In this document: positions 56,792-64,000 of the stretch, piece after piece
How the letters are laid out: the number at the start of each line of letters is the position of its first letter
Numbering within the stretch: the stretch's first letter is position 1
Assembly: GCA_965116495.1 (NCBI GenBank)
Contig: OZ220696.1
Span: forward strand, 2,304,001 to 2,368,000
Length of the DNA: 64,000 bases
Origin: Gammaproteobacteria bacterium
Lineage (GTDB): Bacteria; Pseudomonadota; Gammaproteobacteria; Eutrophobiales; Eutrophobiaceae
Reading direction: 5' to 3'
Position numbers and translations under genes: made by a program
Notes under the pieces: model-generated
Databases searched by the model: none
What the model was told of the DNA's origin: nothing
What the model saw: the letters and a program-made list of their open reading frames with translations, nothing else

Positions 56792-57786
56792 TCCGGACAG
56801 TATTACTGGCAGTTTTGATAATCCTGGGCCTTGCCGGCGGGCCCACCGTATCCGCCCATGACAGCCGGCCGCTATTCATCAATATCACCGAAACCAGCGA
56901 ACATACTGTGATGGTCTCATGGAAGACACCTCCTGCCGTTGACCTGAACAATGCTCCACGCATTGCATTGCCGGGTTGTGATGGTTCCGCGCAAATCCCA
57001 ATACAACGACGTCTGACCGGTTCACTGATTTATTCATGCAAAACAGGCCTGTCAGAGAACTCCCTGAACATTGATTACCCGTTGTTTAATCCATCCATTT
57101 CATCCCTTGTACGCATTGTGTTCCATGACGGGCAAACGCGCAGCATTATCCTTGATCCGGGCCAGACCGTGTGGCGCATTCCGGCGCCGGATACTTTCGC
57201 AAGCGTGATCAGGGATTATTTCGCCCTGGGCGCCGAACATATATTCGGCGGGATAGACCACCTGCTCTTCCTTGCCGGATTGCTCTATATCGCCGGCACC
57301 CTGCGCCGGATCCTGATCACCGCGACCGGCTTTACCCTGGCCCACTCGATAACCCTGTTCCTGGTGGCGCTGGATGTAATCCGGGTTTCGGTCCCCGCCG
57401 TCGAAACGGTGATTGCATTATCGATCGTAATGCTGGCCTGCGAAATTGCCCGTAACGACCGCACCACGCTCACCTGGCGCCGCCCACTCCTGGTCGCTTG
57501 CGGCTTCGGCCTGGTGCACGGGGCCGGTTTCGCCGCCGCCCTGACGGAGACAGGCCTGCCGCAGACGGAAAAGATCAGCGCATTATTATTTTTCAACCTG
57601 GGTGTGGAAGCAGGCCAACTGCTCATCATCGCCGTGGTATTCACCGGCCTGTGGACAGTTTCACGCCTGTACAGGTCGCCGCCGCGTGCGTACGAGAACC
57701 GGCAATTACGCCTGGTATTCAGTTATGCGCTCGGTATCGTCTCGGCCTTCTGGTTTGTCGAGCGGTTTACGATGGCATTTGTTTAA
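56788..57786 (+). CDS. HupE/UreJ-family membrane protein
   Basis: AHD signal end, LGAEHIFGGIDHLLF, FTLAHSITL, FGLVHGAGFA, FNLGVEAGQL. Confidence 0.9.
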   Translation: MIRTVLLAVLIILGLAGGPTVSAHDSRPLFINITETSEHTVMVSWKTPPAVDLNNAPRIALPGCDGSAQIPIQRRLTGSLIYSCKTGLSENSLNIDYPLFNPSISSLVRIVFHDGQTRSIILDPGQTVWRIPAPDTFASVIRDYFALGAEHIFGGIDHLLFLAGLLYIAGTLRRILITATGFTLAHSITLFLVALDVIRVSVPAVETVIALSIVMLACEIARNDRTTLTWRRPLLVACGFGLVHGAGFAAALTETGLPQTEKISALLFFNLGVEAGQLLIIAVVFTGLWTVSRLYRSPPRAYENRQLRLVFSYALGIVSAFWFVERFTMAFV

Positions 57787-57957
57787 GAATTCAGGTCTGG
57801 GAAAATATCGCTCCGATATATTCATTACTGAAAATTTCAGTGTATTACCATCTAAGCGAGTGGGATGAATCCCATTTTACGTTATCGAATAAATTAGGGT
57901 TCCAATCCCACTGTTATTCATGCAATATTGAACTGTCAAACTTCGGAGCGCCTGGTC

Positions 57958-59157
57958 ATGCCCGATATACCGGGTTCAAAAAGCACATTACAACCTGAGG
58001 ATAACCTGCAAGCGGTTGGCGAACAGGATATTTCGAGCGACAAGAATTTCCGTTTTTTCGATAACCGGCAGAAATACCTGCTGTTTGTAAACACCTGCAG
58101 CGAGAAGGAGATCATTGCGAAACGGGTGGGTATGGAACTGGGGAATATCCGGCCGAATCCCCCGGCGTTACGCATCTTTGATGCGGGCATGGGGGACGGT
58201 TCGGTTATCACCCGGGTCATGCGCGAAACACACCGCCGTTTCCCGACCATTCCGCTCTATATTGCATCGAAGGAAATCAGCCTCGAAGATGTCAGGTTAT
58301 CCTTGTCAAGAATGTCGGATCGTTTCTTTGAGCATCCCTCAACAGTCCTGGTTCTGACGAATATGTATTATTCGGAGGCGCCCTGGATGTCCCCGAAGAA
58401 AGTTGAGGCCGCCCAAACCATGGTATGGAAGGACGTTGCTCTTTCAGGCACATCTGCGCACGAATTCGACGAACAGCTTGGAGATCTGGATGGTTTTCTC
58501 GCGCAAAACTGGCAGGCTTTACACAGTCCGGTAACAGGCAACCCTGTCTATGAACGGCCTGTGGTACTGGTGATATACAGGGAAGATTATCGATTTCTGC
58601 TGGACGATGTCATTCCCAGGCAAGGTAAAGTCAGGGCCGACTTTGACCTGGTGATCGCATCACAACCCTATCGATTGAGAGTTTCAGATGAATTCAAGGC
58701 CCGGAAAGTACTGAGCCCGCTGGTCCAGGCCCTGGGGCGGGGCGGCCGGTTGCTCGGCATTCATTCATACGGCAATGATCCGGGACTGGAAATAATCAAA
58801 GAAGTATGGCCCAGAGAAAATCCCTATCAACGCAACAGGCATGATTTACTGCGTACGTTGAAATCCCAGCTAGGTAAGGAAGCAAGGAAATACAACTTTA
58901 ATGTTTATGCGGATGCGCGCTCGATCTTCAGATACGACATGCATACGTTACCTTCAGAGGTATCAGCCAGCATCGGCACTTCCACCTTGTTTGCGGCCTG
59001 GAACGCAGCCGTATATGTGGCGCAGATAGAAGACTCACGCTTGACCGAGGCAATCACGGACGACAGGTATCTGCTGGCGACCGACAGGATATTGAAGAAA
59101 TACGGCGGTCTCTGGTTTTACGATGAATCCTTTGTGGTGTCGCGCAAAAAGAATTAG
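57958..59157 (+). CDS. Conserved hypothetical protein, SAM-methyltransferase-like fold
   Basis: FRFFDNRQKYLLFVNTCSEK; IFDAGMGDG (motif-I like); FDLVIASQPY. Confidence 0.65.
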   Translation: MPDIPGSKSTLQPEDNLQAVGEQDISSDKNFRFFDNRQKYLLFVNTCSEKEIIAKRVGMELGNIRPNPPALRIFDAGMGDGSVITRVMRETHRRFPTIPLYIASKEISLEDVRLSLSRMSDRFFEHPSTVLVLTNMYYSEAPWMSPKKVEAAQTMVWKDVALSGTSAHEFDEQLGDLDGFLAQNWQALHSPVTGNPVYERPVVLVIYREDYRFLLDDVIPRQGKVRADFDLVIASQPYRLRVSDEFKARKVLSPLVQALGRGGRLLGIHSYGNDPGLEIIKEVWPRENPYQRNRHDLLRTLKSQLGKEARKYNFNVYADARSIFRYDMHTLPSEVSASIGTSTLFAAWNAAVYVAQIEDSRLTEAITDDRYLLATDRILKKYGGLWFYDESFVVSRKKN

Positions 59158-59283
59158 CAAACTAGCGTAAATATTACCCTTTCCGGAGCCCGGCACCTGG
59201 CAGGATTGTAATGGTTGATTGATTTTCATTCTATTCTGGACTATACTCTCAAATAATCCTACTATTAGGGACTTACTTCCTGA

Positions 59284-60444
59284 ATGGTTAAGATTGGCAG
59301 AGTTTTGAATATTGAACTTGAGCAAGGCCAGTCCGCGTTTTTGTGGGGGCCTCGAAAGACCGGCAAGTCAACCTATCTGAAACAGGCATTTCCGGAAAGC
59401 GTCGTCTATGATTTTCTCAAGACGGATGTGACGCTGGACCTCCTTAGAAGCCCCTCACTGTTGCGTGAACAACTCCTGGCAAACAGGGAACAGGCAGCGG
59501 CATCTCCTGTTATCCTGGATGAAGTACAAAAAGTGCCTGCCATTCTGGATGAGGTTCATTGGCTGATTGAAAATGCCGGTTTGAATTTTATCCTGTGCGG
59601 TTCAAGCGCCAGGAAATTGATAAAGGGTAGCGTCAACCTCCTCGGAGGACGGGCCTGGCGCTTTGAAATGTTCCCGTTTGTCTTCCCTGAAATCAAACAG
59701 TTTGATCTATTACGCGCCCTGAACCAGGGTCTGGTACCCTCCCATTACCTCCAGCAGCATCAATATCAACGGTCGTTACGCGCTTATGTGCAGGACTACC
59801 TGAAAGAGGAAGTATTCAATGAGGGCCTGGTGCGAAACATGCCCGCGTTCTCACGGTTCTTTGAAGCGATGGGATATTCCCATGGCGGGTTAATCAACTA
59901 TGCAAATATTGCGCGGGACTGTGGGGTTGACGCCAAGACCGTAAAAGAATATTTCCAGATATTGGCAGATACGTTACTGGGAACCTTTGTGCCGCCGTAT
60001 AAAAAAAGACAAAACCGGCAGGTCATCACCAAGGCTTCAAAATTTTACCTGTTTGATGTCGGCATCGCCGGGCATCTCAGTCAACGCAAAATTACTGAGG
60101 CGCGCGGGGAGCAGTTCGGCAAGGCTCTGGAGCATTTTGTATTTATGGAACTTAGTGCCCATCGTTCATACCATGACTTGCATTACGGGATAAGTTTCTG
60201 GAGGACAAAATCCGGCCTTGAAGTGGATTTCATACTGGGTGACGGGGAGATCGCTATAGAAGTAAAAGGCGCAAGCCGGGTAGATAAAACGGATATGAGG
60301 TCCCTCCGAGCTTATATGAACGAGTTTAAACCAAGATTGGGGATTGTAGTATCCAACGAAAAACGCGAACGTCAGGTCGGCGATATAACCGTGCTGCCCT
60401 GGCAAGTTTTCCTGAATAAATTATGGGCGGGGGAGTTGCTGTGA
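59284..60444 (+). CDS. AAA+ ATPase with DUF4143 (second copy)
   Basis: GPRKTGKST, DEVQK, GSSARKL, KFYLFDVG, EVDF..IEVK. Confidence 0.88.
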   Translation: MVKIGRVLNIELEQGQSAFLWGPRKTGKSTYLKQAFPESVVYDFLKTDVTLDLLRSPSLLREQLLANREQAAASPVILDEVQKVPAILDEVHWLIENAGLNFILCGSSARKLIKGSVNLLGGRAWRFEMFPFVFPEIKQFDLLRALNQGLVPSHYLQQHQYQRSLRAYVQDYLKEEVFNEGLVRNMPAFSRFFEAMGYSHGGLINYANIARDCGVDAKTVKEYFQILADTLLGTFVPPYKKRQNRQVITKASKFYLFDVGIAGHLSQRKITEARGEQFGKALEHFVFMELSAHRSYHDLHYGISFWRTKSGLEVDFILGDGEIAIEVKGASRVDKTDMRSLRAYMNEFKPRLGIVVSNEKRERQVGDITVLPWQVFLNKLWAGELL

Positions 60445-60453
60445 GGCCGGGGA

Positions 60454-60603
60454 TCAATGAAATTCAGCCAACCACGAAAAACGCTTATACAATCCGGCAA
60501 TATATCTGTCTGCCTGGATTTCGTTCCAGACTTCAGTGGTATATTTCCAGATATCGGATAAATCTTCCTTTGCCCGGAAAGTGAGACTATATGATTTTGC
60601 CAT
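60454..60603 (-). pseudogene. parE: Truncated ParE toxin (N-terminal half)
   Basis: Hand translation MAKSYSLTFRAKEDLSDIWKYTTEVWNEIQADRYIAGLYKRFSWLAEFH* (49 aa); overlaps the parD end; the C-terminal half is missing. Confidence 0.8.
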
Positions 60604-60847
60604 CCCGTTCTTCCCTGAACTTTCTCAGCATTTCATCAAGTGATAACGTCACAAATTCACCGCGCTCGGCCTGAGCCGCACCCTCGGCCAAATGGGTACG
60701 TAATGCAGCCAACTTGCTCTTGCGTTCTTCCAACGTTCGCAGAGCATCACGAACCACTTCACTGGCGCTACCATAGCGGCCACTGGCAACTTCATTTTTT
60801 ATGAACACTTCCCAATGTTCACCAAGACTGAGACTCGTCGTTGCCAT
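60587..60847 (-). CDS. parD: ParD-family antitoxin
   Basis: MATTSLSLGEHWEVFIKNEVASGRYGSASEVVRDALR; the longer ORF-track version extends into a MITE. Confidence 0.9.
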   Translation of the reverse strand: MATTSLSLGEHWEVFIKNEVASGRYGSASEVVRDALRTLEERKSKLAALRTHLAEGAAQAERGEFVTLSLDEMLRKFREERDGKII

Positions 60848-60883
60848 CCAAATACCCGGTTTATTCAATTTGAATAAATATAA

Positions 60884-61107
60884 GGAAGCTCTGATCAAGT
60901 CCGTCCGGGACTTGTCAGAGTACGCACAAATCGGCAGGATAGCCGATTTGCACGACTTGTTGCCGCTTTGCGGCGAGCTACAAGGATGTAGCGAGTGAAA
61001 ACAAAAATGCGATTTTTGTTTTGCTCCCAAAATCAATGACCTACAGTCATTGATTTTGACGGCACATCCCTGTACCGTAGAGAACCTCTGAGTTAATCAG
61101 AGGTTCC
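60884..61107. mobile_element. ~224-bp MITE-like element with terminal inverted repeats
   Basis: Left ggaagctctgatcaa, right ttaatcagaggttcc (13/15 IR). Internal hairpins caagtcc..ggacttg, caaatcggc..gccgatttg, caaaatcaatgac..gtcattgattttg. No transposase. Confidence 0.7.
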
Positions 61108-61262
61108 ATAAATATACAACAAATTAACAGGTTTGAACACTTCTGTGTCAGAGGTAACATCGGCACTCATGGTTGAAAATAGCATCTGCGCCGTGCCCGC
61201 ATGGTCGGGCAGACCGGATGCAGTTCTTTACCGGTACGTCTGATTTGGCATAAACGTACTGG

Positions 61263-61697
61263 TTATTCTACGTCGAGCACGCCGAGTTCGATCAGCATGC
61301 CCAGTTCGTCGCGGCAGACCCATTCTTCTGCAATTTTGCCATCTTCAATCCTGAAGTTTGCGATAGCGGACCAGCCTACCGTTTTCCCGGCCACCTCGTG
61401 ATAGCCGATGCGGCTTTTCCAGTTGTCTCGGTGAACCGCCAGGTGGCTTAACCGGCAGGAGATGCGATCATCGGAGCCGAACATCTCGTAAATTGTCGTT
61501 TTTATTGAACTGTAGCTGTCGATAACCCTCGAAAGACCGGCCTTGAAATTTTCAATACCGACGATGGGTTTCGCCACTTCCGGCCGGTGGATAATACAAT
61601 CGTCGGTGTAGTATTCACCCAGCAAGTCGATATTGAAGTTATCAACGACTTCCGCGAAATAGCCCCTTACGATTTCTTTATTCTCTTCAACTGACAT
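61263..61697 (-). CDS. SnoaL-like / ester cyclase (NTF2 fold) protein
   Basis: EENKEIVR, DD.I.H, GIENFK, FRIEDGKIAEEW..D..GML.ELG. Confidence 0.8.
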   Translation of the reverse strand: MSVEENKEIVRGYFAEVVDNFNIDLLGEYYTDDCIIHRPEVAKPIVGIENFKAGLSRVIDSYSSIKTTIYEMFGSDDRISCRLSHLAVHRDNWKSRIGYHEVAGKTVGWSAIANFRIEDGKIAEEWVCRDELGMLIELGVLDVE

Positions 61698-61738
61698 TCT
61701 GTAGTCCTGCCTCTGGTAAACCTGTATTTCGCCCACTA

Positions 61739-62071
61739 TTACTGTTCGGTCGACTCTTCTCTTTTGCGCAAATCGACCACGACATCGCTCTTCAACATGC
61801 TTTGACAGGCCAGTACATATCCGGCCGCAAGTTGTTTGCGGGTCAGTGTATAGGAAAAGTCAAGGATCGGTTTGATTTTGCCTTCGATCAACCTGCACCT
61901 GCAGGTACCGCAGGTACCGACTGTGCACTGGTGCGGGAAGGCGATATTCTGATCCAGGGCTGCCTGCAGGAGTGTTCTGTTGCGAGGCACATTGAATTTC
62001 TTTTGGGGGTGTTGAATTAGCGCTGTATACGATTCCTTCCGCTTCAGGATGTCTTTAATCCAGCCAGTCAT
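61739..62071 (-). CDS. Plant-type [2Fe-2S] ferredoxin (XylA N-domain-like)
   Basis: TLLQAAL..IAFPHQCTVGTCGTC...LACQ. Confidence 0.88.
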   Translation of the reverse strand: MTGWIKDILKRKESYTALIQHPQKKFNVPRNRTLLQAALDQNIAFPHQCTVGTCGTCRCRLIEGKIKPILDFSYTLTRKQLAAGYVLACQSMLKSDVVVDLRKREESTEQ

Positions 62072-62132
62072 GGCTCAATAAGGCACATGTCAAAAATCAT
62101 TGAGCACAGTACAACCATGAAGTCGATGTCTG

Positions 62133-63410
62133 TTAGGAGGCCCCAGCTTCAATTTGCATCGTGTTGCGGTAATATTCCCAAAAACCGATGACTGCCGATT
62201 CCGTCACCAGGTGTTCCGTATCTTCCGCTTTGCCGCCCCCCATGCCGATATAGGATGATTTTTCCTGGTCACGAATAATTGCTTCATGCACTATTTCCAC
62301 GGCTTCACCGTCTTCCATCGAGATCAGACCGGCAGGACCTATCAGGTTGCCTTGCTTGTTCCTGATGTTCTGCATTTCCTCATCATCATCTTCATAACCG
62401 AACTGGGTCCATACCAGTTCAAACTGCCCCGGTCCTTTTGTGACGGTCTGTCTCACTGCCAGCGTATTGGCGATCTGCTGCAGGACCAGGTTCGGAAATG
62501 TAGTCAATATGACCAGGGTCACGCCGTCGTCAAACTCTTTCTTGCCTGCCAGCAGGGACGGGTCTTTCAGGGTGAATTCGGCATTGAACGTCCTGAGTCC
62601 GTCATACCCCTCAGTTTTTCCTTCGTCGGTTCCCTGGGATGCGGTCAGAACCGTGTGGCGTTTTTTATTATCCATCCAGCTGCCGCCTTTTTGTGTTGAC
62701 CGGTAGAGGCCGAAGGTCGTATGAAACAGGTGCAACAAACTTGCATGGTAAGGATCCCGGGTATTTTCTGCGTACAATTTCCAGTTTCCCCGGACCAGTT
62801 GCCGCTCATCACCAAGCACCTTGATCGGGCTGTGACATATTCGTTCTATATGCTTGACGATCACGACCCCCAGGTAATCCCGTAAGGGCTCGACCTTGTC
62901 TGAAAATGTAGCGAAAATCAGGTGGCCCACCGTATCGACGCGCAACGTGTCCAGCCCGTGTTGTTCCATCCTGAACCCTTCCGGCATCCCGCCCCGGCCA
63001 CCCAGTCCGCGGCGGAACGGTACCCCGATCAATTTTCCCTGCATATCATATTTCCATTGATGGTAGACACACTCCAACTCATCGACGTTGCCCCTGGCGC
63101 TGCGACAGACTAGGGCGCCCCGGTGGGCGCAACGGTTGGTCATCACGTTAATGCCGCCCTCCCTGTCCCGGGTGACTATTACCGGCGTATCGCCGATATA
63201 AGTTGCCTTGAAATCCCCGGGGTCCGGAATCTCCGCGGTCAGACCGATAAAGGACCAGTTATCGCCCCGGAAGATCCTTTCCTGCTCCACCTCGTAGATT
63301 TTGGCGTCCGTGAACACGCCATAAGGCACGTGGCCGGCCTCATCATCTATCGGCCAGTACAGCGAGCCGTTTGTCGTATCGATCACTGCATTCATCGGTT
63401 CCTCCGGCAT
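62133..63410 (-). CDS. Ring-hydroxylating oxygenase alpha subunit (anthranilate dioxygenase AndAc / salicylate hydroxylase group)
   Basis: NRCAHRG, CVYHQW, NWKLYAENTRDPYHASLLH, NLIGPAGLISMEDGE. Confidence 0.92.
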   Translation of the reverse strand: MPEEPMNAVIDTTNGSLYWPIDDEAGHVPYGVFTDAKIYEVEQERIFRGDNWSFIGLTAEIPDPGDFKATYIGDTPVIVTRDREGGINVMTNRCAHRGALVCRSARGNVDELECVYHQWKYDMQGKLIGVPFRRGLGGRGGMPEGFRMEQHGLDTLRVDTVGHLIFATFSDKVEPLRDYLGVVIVKHIERICHSPIKVLGDERQLVRGNWKLYAENTRDPYHASLLHLFHTTFGLYRSTQKGGSWMDNKKRHTVLTASQGTDEGKTEGYDGLRTFNAEFTLKDPSLLAGKKEFDDGVTLVILTTFPNLVLQQIANTLAVRQTVTKGPGQFELVWTQFGYEDDDEEMQNIRNKQGNLIGPAGLISMEDGEAVEIVHEAIIRDQEKSSYIGMGGGKAEDTEHLVTESAVIGFWEYYRNTMQIEAGAS

Positions 63411-63898
63411 TAAATCGGGGTCACCAGCAAACTCTTGATTTGGTGGGTGTCGAATATGGCGATTTTCTCCCTGAATTTTAAAACCTCTCCATCCGCTACG
63501 ATCCTGTCCACGTATTTACCTGCATTATAAATCTCCGTTGCGCCGTCCGTTTTCGTCTGCATAACCAGGTAATTGCTCTGAACGCTGATAACCTCCTCAC
63601 TCAGGTCCTTGATGAGAATGTTACTGAGCACATGCCGATAATTGTGTTCGGCGTAGACGTTTGCGTTGCGCAGGGACACAACCCTGTCTTCAAGCATTCC
63701 CTTGCTGTCGCAATATATTGCGGCAGCCGGCAGGTTACGGTCATGGTTCTCCCTGGAAATAATTTTATATATGCAATTTTCCGTAAAAAACTCAGGCCAC
63801 TGTTCCAGCCTGTCATCGTCAATACATTCCACGTAACAGCCCTGCAGTCGTTCCACATGGTAATGTAATTCCATCTCGGTCAGCTTGTTCAGTTCCAT
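63410..63898 (-). CDS. Ring-hydroxylating oxygenase beta subunit
   Basis: IDDDRLEQWPEFF, SREN, MLEDRV, GKYVD, LLVTPI. Confidence 0.9.
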   Translation of the reverse strand: MELNKLTEMELHYHVERLQGCYVECIDDDRLEQWPEFFTENCIYKIISRENHDRNLPAAAIYCDSKGMLEDRVVSLRNANVYAEHNYRHVLSNILIKDLSEEVISVQSNYLVMQTKTDGATEIYNAGKYVDRIVADGEVLKFREKIAIFDTHQIKSLLVTPI

Positions 63899-64000
63899 CC
63901 TGCTACCCGGTTCGCCTCTGTTGCCAGTTGTAATTCCGCCGCCGTTGCATGGTTTTCATCCCACAGCCTGATGTGCTCTCGCATGCGTTTATGCCATAAA
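63889..64000 (-). CDS. C-terminus of a XylM-like membrane diiron monooxygenase (partial)
   Basis: Hand translation LWHKRMREHIRLWDENHATAAELQLATEANRVAGWN* resembles my recall of the XylM tail (WD..AT..E..LA..AN..AGW); only 36 residues visible. Confidence 0.55.
   Translation of the reverse strand, partial: LWHKRMREHIRLWDENHATAAELQLATEANRVAGWN

Noticed and set aside
60848-61036. N-terminal extension of ParD in the ORF track
   Set aside because: It is read-through into the MITE; the family start is MATTS at 60847.
1-64000. tRNA, rRNA, integrase or transposase genes
   Set aside because: None recognised by eye or in the ORF track.

Overview
64 kb of a GC-rich (my estimate ~55-60%) proteobacterial chromosome, probably a gammaproteobacterium and plausibly a marine-sponge symbiont (inferred from the RiPP type). 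It has four parts. (1) Aromatic/N-heterocycle catabolism at both ends: two CarAa/OxoO-type Rieske oxygenases, a CarC-like hydrolase, two NagGH/AndAcAd-type alpha/beta oxygenases, a XylM-like gene end, ferredoxin, aldehyde dehydrogenase, FAD monooxygenase, TonB receptor and MarR. (2) A toxin-antitoxin/defence patch (4.3-12 kb): hipBA, an orphan RHH gene, an AEP-primase-SF2-helicase, an AT-rich gene pair, yefM-yoeB and an AAA-DUF4143 gene. (3) A proteusin (NHLP) RiPP cluster (13.5-28.8 kb) with an LCCCW-core precursor of the sponge 'srp' type, a YcaO cyclodehydratase and NHLP ABC exporters. Its halogenase is reduced to an in-frame N/C-terminal stub. It also encodes a class II terpene-cyclase-like protein that carries its own NHLP leader domain and a putative prenyltransferase. 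Next to it lie a sterol/tocopherol-type methyltransferase and an AlkB-type diiron oxygenase fused to a catalytically degenerate GlnE domain. (4) Tandem duplicated MFP-RND pumps, a ferredoxin reductase, bioA, ggt, a nodIJ-like ABC pair and an S8 lipoprotein protease. Palindromic REP/MITE-like elements and deletion remnants are frequent. The best candidate for a new system is the prenyltransferase/leader-fused cyclase proteusin pathway together with the AlkB-GlnE fusion. All family assignments come from motif recognition and recall; no database searches were run.
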